From a virus (taxonomy: Duplodnaviria > Heunggongvirae > Uroviricota > Caudoviricetes), in IMG/VR virus record IMGVR_UViG_2563366820_000002, positions 1 to 47,800 of that record: a stretch of DNA of 47,800 bases, one strand, 5' to 3'. The notes under the pieces are model-generated. The model was not told the DNA's origin. It did not search any database and saw only the letters and a list, made by a program, of their open reading frames with translations. Shown here piece by piece: positions 1 through 8,258 of this stretch. The stretch's first letter is position 1, and each line of letters opens with the position of its first letter. The position numbers and the translations under genes are program-made.

Positions 1-1284
1 TTACTTCTTCGCCTCTGCAACCACTTTGCTACCCACGCCGCGGTTATTGTATTCCCACATGCGGTTGTAGTTAGTGTCATTCAGATTACGCTGTACTTCG
101 TCGTTATCATCAACGTTGCCAGTATTACCCGCAAACGGACGATTGGAAATCACCGCATCGGCCCACGGTTTAGCCGTGTTAAAACCTTCGTTGATGGCGC
201 TATCACGGATCACCACCTGACCGTTGGTATTGGCATCAACATCCAGCGAGCGGCCCAGTTGCGCCACGCCATCACCGGAAGCATTGAAACGGCTGTTTAC
301 GGCGAGGAAACCGTAGTAAATGTTGGACAGCGTAGCCGGTGCAAACACATACGCTTCTTGCTGAGTACGTGAGTTCACCACGCGGAATTCGGTATTATCG
401 AACACCACTGCGCCGCGACCAGAAACGATATCCACATCCCCTTCAATGTAACTGTTGGTCACCAGAGTACGCGGCTGACGGTTGGTTTCTAGACGGTTTT
501 GCACACCACTGTTGGTGACAAAGAAGGTATTCTGACGACCGAGAATGTTGACGTTATTGATCTGCACTTTGTCGCCATCAGTACGCAGTGCCACCGCCGG
601 ATGGTTACCCGCATCTACGCTATCGCCCAGCGTGTTTTCGATGGTCAGGTTTTGCAGTTGCAGGCCATTGTTTTGTGACCAGAAGACCGCAGAGCAGAGA
701 ACGCCGATACTGTCGCTGCGTTTGCTCTGGCAGCTATCGTACATATACCACGCTGGTTTACCTGGCATATATTTGCCGCGCGGGTTGACGTCGTGACGCC
801 AGTCGGCAGGGCTCATGCCCCCATCAAGGGAAAGCCCAATCTTCACATCAATCGGTTTTTCACCTGTACCGTACAGAGTAATTCCACCCGGAGCGGCAGG
901 GACATACACCGTTCCCTGATACTCACCAGGCATCACGGCAATATACTGGCGCTTGTTGGTACGCTTGATAATTGCCGCATCTACCGCCGCCTGAATCGTG
1001 GTATGCGTTACACCTTGAGTACCCGCCGGGCCGACAACAAAGTCAGGTTGCGCAGGCAGGGTAATCGGGGAAGGATTCCACGCTGCAGCACCTGGCGTCA
1101 GGGATGCAAAATAGTGTTGAGCATCGAAATTCTGCGCTTCTTTTGCCGACAGAATCGGGCGAGAAGAGGTACCAGGCGCGGTTTGATCAGAAGGACGTTG
1201 ATCGGGCGGTGTTGAGCTACAGGCGGTCAGCGTCACGCCAAAAGCCAATGCCAGCGCCAGACGGGAAACTGAAAATGTGTTCAC
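1..1284 (-). CDS. ybhC: Host outer-membrane lipoprotein YbhC (pectinesterase-fold putative thioesterase)
   Basis: 427-aa ORF with lipoprotein signal (LTAC) matching my recollection of E. coli YbhC, which flanks lambda attB. Confidence 0.85.
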   Translation of the reverse strand: MNTFSVSRLALALAFGVTLTACSSTPPDQRPSDQTAPGTSSRPILSAKEAQNFDAQHYFASLTPGAAAWNPSPITLPAQPDFVVGPAGTQGVTHTTIQAAVDAAIIKRTNKRQYIAVMPGEYQGTVYVPAAPGGITLYGTGEKPIDVKIGLSLDGGMSPADWRHDVNPRGKYMPGKPAWYMYDSCQSKRSDSIGVLCSAVFWSQNNGLQLQNLTIENTLGDSVDAGNHPAVALRTDGDKVQINNVNILGRQNTFFVTNSGVQNRLETNRQPRTLVTNSYIEGDVDIVSGRGAVVFDNTEFRVVNSRTQQEAYVFAPATLSNIYYGFLAVNSRFNASGDGVAQLGRSLDVDANTNGQVVIRDSAINEGFNTAKPWADAVISNRPFAGNTGNVDDNDEVQRNLNDTNYNRMWEYNNRGVGSKVVAEAKK

Positions 1285-1319
1285 AGGTTGCTCCGGGCTA
1301 TGAAATAGAAAAATGAATC

Positions 1320-1425
1320 CGTTGAAGCCTGCTTTTTTATACTAAGTTGGCATTATAAAAAAGCATTGCTTATCAATTTGTTGCAACGAACAGGTCACTA
1401 TCAGTCAAAATAAAATCATTATTTG
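1320..1425. other. attL (bacterial arm, 15-bp core 1331-1345, phage P' arm with Int arm-type sites)
   Basis: tgaagcctGCTTTTTTATACTAAgttggcattataaaaaagcattgcttatcaatttgttgcaacgaacaggtcactatcagtcaaaataaaatcatt matches the lambda attP core and P' arm as I recall them. Confidence 0.9.
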
Positions 1426-2489
1426 ATTTCAATTTTGTCCCACTCCCTGCCTCTGTCATCACGATACTGTGATGCCATGGTGTCCGACTTATGCCCGAGA
1501 AGATGTTGAGCAAACTTATCGCTTATCTGCTTCTCATAGAGTCTTGCAGACAAACTGCGCAACTCGTGAAAGGTAGGCGGATCCCCTTCGAAGGAAAGAC
1601 CTGATGCTTTTCGTGCGCGCATAAAATACCTTGATACTGTGCCGGATGAAAGCGGTTCACGACGAGTAGATGCAATTATGGTTTCTCCGCCAAGAATCTC
1701 TTTGCATTTATCAAGTGTTTCCTTCATTGATATCCCGAGGGCATCAACATGCAATGCTGTTGGGATGGCAATTTTTACGCCTGTTTTGCTTTGCTCGACA
1801 TAAAGATATCCATCTACGATATCAGACCACTTCATTTCGCATAAATCACCAACTCGCTGCCCGGTAACAACAGCCAGTTCCATTGCAAGTCTTAGCCAAC
1901 ATGGTGATGATTCTGCTGCTTGATAAATTTTCAGGTATTCGTCAGCCGTAAGTCTTGATCTCCTTACCTCTGATTTTGCTGCGCGAGTGGCAGCGACAGG
2001 GTTTGTTGTTATATGGCCTTCAGCTATTGCCTCTCGGAATGCATCGCTCAGTGTTGATCTGATTAACTTGGCTGACGCCGCCTTGCCCTCGTCTATGTAT
2101 CCATTGAGCATTGCCGCAATTTCTTTTGTGGTGATGTCTTCAAGTGGAGCATCAGGCAGACCCCTCCTTATTGCTTTAATTTTGCTCATGTAATTTATGA
2201 GTGTCTTCTGCTTGATTCCTCTGCTGGCCAGGATTTTTTCGTAGCGATCAAGCCATGAATGTAACGTAACGGAATTATCACTGTTGATTCTCGCTGTCAG
2301 AGGCTTGTGTTTGTGTCCTGAAAATAACTCAATGTTGGCCTGTATAGCTTCAGTGATTGCTATCCTCCTGTCTCGGCCTAATCCAAACTCTTTACCCGTC
2401 CTTGGGTCCCTGTAGCAGTAATATCCATTGTTTCTTATATAAAGGTTAGGGGGTAAATCCCGGCGCTCATGACTTCGCCTTCTTCCCAT
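1419..2489 (-). CDS. int: Integrase (tyrosine recombinase), lambda Int
   Basis: 356-aa translation matches lambda Int as I recall it (MGRRRSHERRDLPPNLYIRNNGYYCYRDPRTGKEFGLG...); ATG at 2489. Confidence 0.95.
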   Translation of the reverse strand: MGRRRSHERRDLPPNLYIRNNGYYCYRDPRTGKEFGLGRDRRIAITEAIQANIELFSGHKHKPLTARINSDNSVTLHSWLDRYEKILASRGIKQKTLINYMSKIKAIRRGLPDAPLEDITTKEIAAMLNGYIDEGKAASAKLIRSTLSDAFREAIAEGHITTNPVAATRAAKSEVRRSRLTADEYLKIYQAAESSPCWLRLAMELAVVTGQRVGDLCEMKWSDIVDGYLYVEQSKTGVKIAIPTALHVDALGISMKETLDKCKEILGGETIIASTRREPLSSGTVSRYFMRARKASGLSFEGDPPTFHELRSLSARLYEKQISDKFAQHLLGHKSDTMASQYRDDRGREWDKIEIK

Positions 2490-2685
2490 TTCTGATCCTC
2501 TTCAAAAGGCTACCTGTTACTGGTCGATTTAAGTCAACCTTTACCGCTGATTCGTGGAACAGATACTCTCTTCCATCCTTAACCGGAGGAGGGAATATCC
2601 TGCATTCGCGCACCCATCGACGAACTGTTTCAAGGCTTCTTGGGCGTCGCTGGCGAGCGTTCCACTCCTGAAGTGTCAAGTACAT
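2467..2685 (-). CDS. xis: Excisionase, lambda Xis
   Basis: 72-aa product MYLTLQEWNARQRRPRSLETVRRWVRE... from the internal ATG at 2685 (track ORF extends to 2724); overlaps int; GGAG RBS. Confidence 0.9.
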   Translation of the reverse strand: MYLTLQEWNARQRRPRSLETVRRWVRECRIFPPPVKDGREYLFHESAVKVDLNRPVTGSLLKRIRNGKKAKS

Positions 2686-2710
2686 CGCAAAGTCTCCGCA
2701 ATTACACGCA

Positions 2711-2733
2711 AGAAAAAGCCGCATTGATGCGGC
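2711..2733 (-). terminator. Intrinsic terminator upstream of xis (leftward operon)
   Basis: Hairpin GCCGCA-TTGA-TGCGGC followed on the minus strand by TTTTTCTT. Confidence 0.5.
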
Positions 2734-2789
2734 GATGGTAGGTCTGGATATCTTGAGAAATGAACAGGCCTCATCGAGTGTGAGGCGGG

Positions 2790-3134
2790 TTAGTCCTTGC
2801 GTAGCTCGATGATTCTTCTGTAAGTCTCTGGTGCTTTGTTCCCGTACGTCTTCATTTCAGACTTCAACAGAGCAACGAGTGAATCCCATTCGTTGAGGAT
2901 TCCTTTGAATGCCGGAACGCGCTTTGCAACCTTGTCGAATGAATCTCTGATTTCTGGAATCTGCTCAACAAGTGCAACGCATCGTCGGAAGTCTGCTACG
3001 TCATGTGGAGCGCCGAAGTGATGACCATAGATATTCTTTTTCAGTCCACATGCGATTGAGGCAAGAGTTGCGCTACTGATGCCAACATCGCCAGTCGATT
3101 GCCATTTCAAAACCTTCATAGCCAAATCTGACAT
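2790..3134 (-). CDS. Hypothetical early protein, 114 aa
   Basis: ATG at 3134 with GGAG RBS; no family recognised. Confidence 0.6.
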   Translation of the reverse strand: MSDLAMKVLKWQSTGDVGISSATLASIACGLKKNIYGHHFGAPHDVADFRRCVALVEQIPEIRDSFDKVAKRVPAFKGILNEWDSLVALLKSEMKTYGNKAPETYRRIIELRKD

Positions 3135-3206
3135 TTCTTGTCTCCATAAAACAAAACCCGCCGTAGCGAGTTCAGATAAAAGAAATCCCCGCGAGTGCGA
3201 GGATTG

Positions 3207-3491
3207 TTATTCATTGCCGATATTCACCTTTATCGCGAACACCTTTACCGGTTTATCGCCGAAGTGCGGATGTGTGATTGTCTTGATTTCATATCCGTCA
3301 TACGGGACGTCAATTCTTCGGCTGGAATCGTCGCGCTTCGGATATCCCTTTGTGATAATCAGGCGGTCATACTCCCGGAACATAATTCGCTTATTCCAGT
3401 AGTCATTACACAGGCGATACTCTTCCGTTTTCTCGCCTGACTTCATCTGGTCGAAATATTCACCGTTAACTGCCAGTTGAAGGTTAGCCAC
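3207..3491 (-). CDS. ASCH/PUA-like (DUF3850-type) protein, 94 aa
   Basis: GTG start at 3491 with strong AAGGAGG RBS, overlapping the stop of the upstream gene; composition resembles DUF3850 proteins. Confidence 0.6.
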   Translation of the reverse strand: MANLQLAVNGEYFDQMKSGEKTEEYRLCNDYWNKRIMFREYDRLIITKGYPKRDDSSRRIDVPYDGYEIKTITHPHFGDKPVKVFAIKVNIGNE

Positions 3492-3969
3492 GGTTAACCT
3501 CCTTCGGCGGTTCTGGTAGCGGCATCCAGTGGGTTACATTGCGGCTCTGCGTTTCGAAGAACTCCTCACCATTGCGGACGACATCAAAAAATTCACCGTC
3601 TCGATATTGCGCATAAAGAACGAATGCGCCATCACATAAAATAATTACGTGCTGACCATCATCAGGCATTCGCTCACTACAGCTTATCCAACCATCCGGA
3701 GTTACCGGCACTGGCTGGGCGGTGTAAAGTGGAACAACTCGCCCTCCCCATTGCTTAACACTACTCTCAGCGAACACTAAATGCTCAGTCCGATAATACC
3801 CAGGGGCATCAATATCTTTTCTTTCGCTATCCCACATGTAAACCACCGGTTCTGCTTCCAGTGATGCCAGTGCAATTCGTGCCAGTTCCATTTGTTCGCC
3901 ACGAGTAAGTCCGTTTTCAAGCGGATTTTTAATGAACAATTCAATACGTTCTTTGGTAATAGAATTCAT
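3484..3969 (-). CDS. DUF551-type phage protein, 161 aa
   Basis: C-terminal ...THWMPLPEPPK signature of DUF551; N-terminal module shared with ORF 4164-4613. Confidence 0.7.
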   Translation of the reverse strand: MNSITKERIELFIKNPLENGLTRGEQMELARIALASLEAEPVVYMWDSERKDIDAPGYYRTEHLVFAESSVKQWGGRVVPLYTAQPVPVTPDGWISCSERMPDDGQHVIILCDGAFVLYAQYRDGEFFDVVRNGEEFFETQSRNVTHWMPLPEPPKEVNRG

Positions 3970-3970
3970 G

Positions 3971-4162
3971 CTATTTCACCTTAATCTCAACATTTCGCAG
4001 CTTTAGCTCTACTGGCAGGTCTGACTTTCCGGTTAATGCCAATGCGAGATTTTCTGGAGTAATGAGAGCAGTTATTGTTTTCCCCCTCGCCAGACGAATA
4101 ATCATTCGTATATCGCAATCGTCACATACTCCCGGTCGAACAATTGATATTTGTCCATTCAT
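3971..4162 (-). CDS. Hypothetical small protein, 63 aa
   Basis: ATG at 4162 with AAGGAG RBS; the track start at 4183 is a TTG. Confidence 0.5.
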   Translation of the reverse strand: MNGQISIVRPGVCDDCDIRMIIRLARGKTITALITPENLALALTGKSDLPVELKLRNVEIKVK

Positions 4163-4163
4163 C

Positions 4164-4613
4164 TCACGCTCCTTTGATGCCAATGTTTACAGCCTGGCAA
4201 GCCTCTTTGAGCACCCAGTCAACAGCGTCTTTCCATGCTCCGGTTTCGACTGGCGGATTTTCACGCTTAACCTGTTCATAGAAGCGCACTGCTTTAACCA
4301 GTCCTTCTGATGTCACCGGGACTGGCGGGGCAGTGAATAAGGCCTGAATCTCATAGCTCGGCCTGTCGTTGCAATCCTCTTTTGTCGGTACATATTTCCA
4401 GTCACCAACCCACGAATCCCCCTGAGAGTCCGTAACACCTTTTTTCACGTAGCGATATCGCCACGCGACTGGCTCTGCTTCCAACGATGCCAGCGCGATA
4501 CGAAACACATCAGCAAGCAGACTGTTTGATGATTGGTTATCGTGCGCCGGGTCGCTCAGGAAGCCAGTGATGAATGATTTAATCTCCGCGCTTTCTCTGG
4601 TAATGGTGGTCAT
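4164..4613 (-). CDS. Hypothetical early protein, 150 aa, N-terminal module paralogous to 3484-3969
   Basis: ATG at 4613 (MTTITRES...); shares the ...RIALASLEAEPV... block with the DUF551 protein but has a different C-terminus. Confidence 0.65.
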   Translation of the reverse strand: MTTITRESAEIKSFITGFLSDPAHDNQSSNSLLADVFRIALASLEAEPVAWRYRYVKKGVTDSQGDSWVGDWKYVPTKEDCNDRPSYEIQALFTAPPVPVTSEGLVKAVRFYEQVKRENPPVETGAWKDAVDWVLKEACQAVNIGIKGA

Positions 4614-4699
4614 TTCAGTTTTCCTTATATGGATTAATTTTATTGTGCAGTGCGTTGAACGACGCCCATGCCACGTCGTTATACAATTCAATAACTGGT

Positions 4700-5026
4700 T
4701 CAATTATTTTTCCGATTATCCAGACAAAAATTAGCGGGGATATCGGTGTCATCAACACGATAAACAGAATGAGAAACAGAAATTCTACTACTCTGTTTTT
4801 TCGCGGATATTCTTTTCTGAATAATGTAGGCACACCACTCTCCTTTAGTGCGCAAGTGGTTTTTCCAGCGGTTTTGCGCTGCGCTGGGCTTATCTTTGAT
4901 TCCCTCTCTGGCAATTCCAGAATATAAGTACAACACCATACGGCGATTGCTAACTATCAACCACTGGCTGGGATAGCAACGGCTGTATACACGGGAAATA
5001 AGCATCTTTGCTTTACGGTTTTTCAT
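4700..5026 (-). CDS. Hypothetical protein, 108 aa (uncertain)
   Basis: ATG at 5026 with AGGAGA RBS and ATGA overlap with a 31-codon Arg-rich ORF upstream; low-complexity basic sequence, could be non-coding. Confidence 0.3.
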   Translation of the reverse strand: MKNRKAKMLISRVYSRCYPSQWLIVSNRRMVLYLYSGIAREGIKDKPSAAQNRWKNHLRTKGEWCAYIIQKRISAKKQSSRISVSHSVYRVDDTDIPANFCLDNRKNN

Positions 5027-5198
5027 CGTTTTGCTCTCCTGCGTCTCTTTGCTGCTCGTCGCGCCGCTGCAATACCGGTATGGCGGCGCTTTGGTGCCGG
5101 GATGATGTTGTCAGCCATCAGGACATGTGGCTTTGTAATTAGCGCAGAAGCCCAAAAACGAGTCTGGTACGGTAACAAGCCGATACATGCCACATGCA

Positions 5199-5726
5199 CT
5201 ACTCACCTCCTTTGATGCGAATGCCAGCGGCGCGCGGCACATTAACTTCCACGATGCGCACTGTTGGTTTGTACATCTCAATCGCTGTCAGCCAGTCAGC
5301 GCCGGTCATGCGCTTTTCTGCATCGCCATTAGTCCACTTAACCGGCACACCAATAGCCTTCATCGCGATTTCTATTTCCCCGGCAATGGCGCTTTTTCCG
5401 CAACCAGTAAAACCAGATACAACGACAAGAACTTCGCCTTTGGCTGGTTTTATTTCCCGTGCTTCCAGTTCTGCAATGCGCTTTTTTGCTGCTTCCAGTT
5501 CATCCAGTAATTCCAGTACGGTAGCCGGATTAGCCTTGGCAACAAAATCCCGGACTGGCTTACAATCAATCTCCGCAATGGGTTGATACGATGTGTAGCC
5601 ATGCTGTCTTGTATAACTACCGTGACGAATAACAAAAAAATCACCATTTATTTTTTTAGCCTGCCACTTATCTTCACCGGCTTTCTCTGCCGCTTCACGC
5701 AGTGCCTGATAATCAATCTTGCTCAC
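5199..5726 (-). CDS. Early protein with coiled-coil segment and Walker-A-like GFTGCGKS motif (possibly ead/Ea22-like)
   Basis: GTG start at 5726 with AAGGAGG RBS; 175 aa. Confidence 0.6.
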   Translation of the reverse strand: MSKIDYQALREAAEKAGEDKWQAKKINGDFFVIRHGSYTRQHGYTSYQPIAEIDCKPVRDFVAKANPATVLELLDELEAAKKRIAELEAREIKPAKGEVLVVVSGFTGCGKSAIAGEIEIAMKAIGVPVKWTNGDAEKRMTGADWLTAIEMYKPTVRIVEVNVPRAAGIRIKGGE

Positions 5727-5886
5727 TGGTTGCCTCCTTTACGCTACATCGCATTCAGATATTTGTTTTGATTCACTGACGGAAAAGAATTTCTCTTTAG
5801 CAATTCCTCTCTCGATGGCATTGGCTTTACGCGCTGGCGAATAATCATTTCTGCCGGAAGAATGCCGGGATTGTATGCAAGTCCTC

Positions 5887-6195
5887 TCATGATTTACTCT
5901 CCACGAACTGGTCAATAGCCATGCTAAGTGACACACCTAAAGTCTCGATATGTTGCTGAATATCCTGTAGCGTCTGCGCCTGAGATAACAGGATTTCACG
6001 GTTGCATAATTCTTTAACCAGATGCTCAAACTTGCTGTAATAACCGATACGGCTTAGTGTTTCTTTCCCTGCATTCTCGCCTTCTTTGATAATTCCTCTT
6101 TCGCTAAGAATCAGATCGTGTTTGGTTCCGGTAATAACGTATTTTCCGAGGTCGATGTTTAGCTTCATTGTTTTCATTGTTAATTCCTCAGTCAT
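5887..6195 (-). CDS. Hypothetical protein, 103 aa
   Basis: ATG at 6195 ([11 protein letters not shown]...) with AGGA RBS; the track ORF extends upstream without a credible start. Confidence 0.55.
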   Translation of the reverse strand: MTEELTMKTMKLNIDLGKYVITGTKHDLILSERGIIKEGENAGKETLSRIGYYSKFEHLVKELCNREILLSQAQTLQDIQQHIETLGVSLSMAIDQFVESKS

Positions 6196-6484
6196 TACTG
6201 ATAGCGCCATAGCGTGAGCGGTAATTACGCAGGCGCGGGTCGATATATTCAGGGAAGTGGGTATATGTGGCTTTGCGGAATGGTCGGATTGATGTCTGGT
6301 AAATTCGCTCGCGTTCTTCTTTCTCTGCAAGCCATATACAGTGGCGAAATTCCTTTTCCTCTTTCGTTTCCTGCGGTAGAGACATTATTCGATCGTAGTT
6401 TTTTCTGAATTTATCCAGCACCTCCGATACGGAATTGCCGGAACAGCGGCGCGGGTCATCCGCACCATACAGAGGCGCTGGCAT
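6188..6484 (-). CDS. Hypothetical protein, 98 aa
   Basis: ATG at 6484 with AGGAG RBS. Confidence 0.6.
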   Translation of the reverse strand: MPAPLYGADDPRRCSGNSVSEVLDKFRKNYDRIMSLPQETKEEKEFRHCIWLAEKEERERIYQTSIRPFRKATYTHFPEYIDPRLRNYRSRYGAISND

Positions 6485-6497
6485 GATTTTCTCCTGA

Positions 6498-7004
6498 TTA
6501 AATTGCGTGAATAGCGTGACGAGGGAAGGGGAGAGTTACTGGTGCAAAGGGTATATCGTCGTCAAAATCCATCGGAGGTTCGTTGTGTTGTGCTGGTGAT
6601 GATTGCTGCTGTGGCTTCTGTGATTGCCTGCTGGCTGCTTGTTGTTTGCTGTCGCCAATGCCGCCAAGCATTTGCATCACGCCATTAATTCCGACATGAA
6701 CCTCGGTTGTGTAACGGTCTTGCCCTGACTGGTCTTTCCACTTTCTGGTTCTCAGCATTCCCTCGAAATAAATCTGATCACCTTTTTTCACATACTGCCC
6801 CACGACCTCAGCCAGTTTCCCGGATACAGCAACACGATGCCATTCAGTCAATTCCTTTTGCTCGCCAGTATTTTTATCTCGCCATTGTTCTGACGTGGCT
6901 ATTGTCAGGTTAGCGAACGCTGTTCCTGATGGTGAGTATCGAACTTCCGGGTCTTGTCCTACCCGACCAAGGATAATCACCTTATTTACGCCTCTGCTTG
7001 CCAT
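6498..7004 (-). CDS. ssb: Single-stranded DNA-binding protein with a 15-residue C-terminal extension
   Basis: OB-fold N-terminus [27 protein letters not shown]... and acidic tip ...MDFDDDIPF, followed by [15 protein letters not shown] before the stop. Confidence 0.9.
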   Translation of the reverse strand: MASRGVNKVIILGRVGQDPEVRYSPSGTAFANLTIATSEQWRDKNTGEQKELTEWHRVAVSGKLAEVVGQYVKKGDQIYFEGMLRTRKWKDQSGQDRYTTEVHVGINGVMQMLGGIGDSKQQAASRQSQKPQQQSSPAQHNEPPMDFDDDIPFAPVTLPFPRHAIHAI

Positions 7005-7712
7005 TTATGCCGCCTGTTTTAGTTCGTTAACTCTGATGTTCATTACCTGAACGCATTTAGCCTGCGCCTCCTCGTTGCCAGCCATTAATTGCCAGTCACG
7101 CTGATAACGCTCGATGAGTTTTTTCTTGTCAGTTTCTGTTGACGCATAATCGCTGAAGTCTTTCAGGATTTGTTCGCAGTCAACCGATGGAGATTTCTGG
7201 TTGGTATTTTCTGGTGATGGTTTGTTATCTGATGCTGGGATTGCCCATCCCGGCAGCGATGGAGGGAGCCAGTAAAATCCTGTTCCATCCTTCAGTTTTG
7301 CCCTGTGCCACCCCTGCTTTTTATCGAGAGATGTTTGTGCGAAACCTTCCTCAAGGTTATACAGATACCGACCGATTCCCCACTGAACGGCAGCACGCTT
7401 CATTGCACCTGAACGACCACCTTTGACGGCTTCTACCTGCGTGTTTTCAGCAGCATCCCATTTGGTTACCCATTCGGAATCAATCTTGATTGATATGCCG
7501 CATTCAACTCCGCCGTTGTTGGGAATATCGCGGTATTCATTGCGCCATCCTGCTTTGCCGCAAACATCGTCCAGGCGTTTCATGATTGCCCGGTTCGTGA
7601 CATAAGCCAGCACCATAGCCCACACTTTTCCATCGCGTGTTTTACCGCTTTGCTGTATTCGCCATTCGATATCTTCAGGGCTGAATGGCTCATCGAATTT
7701 ATTCAAATCCAT
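7005..7712 (-). CDS. Single-strand annealing protein (Rad52/Sak-like recombinase)
   Basis: 235 aa, ATG at 7712 with GAGGTG RBS; sits directly upstream of ssb in the slot lambda uses for bet/exo. Confidence 0.6.
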   Translation of the reverse strand: MDLNKFDEPFSPEDIEWRIQQSGKTRDGKVWAMVLAYVTNRAIMKRLDDVCGKAGWRNEYRDIPNNGGVECGISIKIDSEWVTKWDAAENTQVEAVKGGRSGAMKRAAVQWGIGRYLYNLEEGFAQTSLDKKQGWHRAKLKDGTGFYWLPPSLPGWAIPASDNKPSPENTNQKSPSVDCEQILKDFSDYASTETDKKKLIERYQRDWQLMAGNEEAQAKCVQVMNIRVNELKQAA

Positions 7713-7811
7713 AATTCACCTCAGAATGGACATGGCCCAAGGAAATAACGCTGATTTAATACTTCGACTCGGGACAAATTAAGGCATACCCGCATTCCTT
7801 CGCGGTCACCA

Positions 7812-7970
7812 TTATGGCGATACCAGAGAGCTTTCTGCGTGTACATGCGTCTCTGTAACTTGCTCTCCTTCACTGTGGTTGCAAGTGACATGAATATCTC
7901 CTTCGTTACCGATTAATTCTTTCATCTGACGAATGAATTCTTCGTCTGACCAGTTATCTGTAAAACTCAT
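7812..7970 (-). CDS. Small acidic protein, 52 aa, in the slot lambda uses for gam
   Basis: ATG at 7970 overlaps the kil-like stop (ATGA); MSFTDNWSDEEFIRQMKELIGNEGDIHVTCNHSEGEQVTETHVHAESSLVSP. Confidence 0.45.
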   Translation of the reverse strand: MSFTDNWSDEEFIRQMKELIGNEGDIHVTCNHSEGEQVTETHVHAESSLVSP

Positions 7971-8119
7971 TTCCTGCGATACCACGGAAGGTTGATAGCT
8001 GATTTCATCGCTTTATTTGCTTCAAGCCACATTTTTGAATCACCAATAAATCTGGCTATTACTGCTTTGTTCTGTGCAGCACGAAGCATCTGGTGATTGA
8101 TGGCTATTTCATTGCGCAT
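7967..8119 (-). CDS. Kil-like small protein, 50 aa
   Basis: ATG at 8119 with GAGG RBS, overlapping cIII; position immediately downstream of cIII as in lambda, and an FIGD-K-M-EA block that I associate with lambda Kil. Confidence 0.5.
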   Translation of the reverse strand: MRNEIAINHQMLRAAQNKAVIARFIGDSKMWLEANKAMKSAINLPWYRRK

Positions 8120-8235
8120 AATAAGACCTCAACTCTTTTCCATCCGTCACGTAATTTACGGGTGATTCGTTCAAGTAAAGATTCATTTAGTTGGAAGGCA
8201 CCCATGCGAGCGCCTCCCGCGATTGCGTAAATCAT
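8104..8235 (-). CDS. cIII: CIII (FtsH inhibitor), 43 aa
   Basis: MIYAIAGGARMGAFQLNESLLERITRKLRDGWKR... shares YAIAG and ESLLERITRKLRDGWKR with lambda CIII as I recall it; AAGGAA RBS. Confidence 0.75.
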   Translation of the reverse strand: MIYAIAGGARMGAFQLNESLLERITRKLRDGWKRVEVLLCAMK

Positions 8236-8258
8236 GGGTGGTTCCTTATGTTGGTTTA

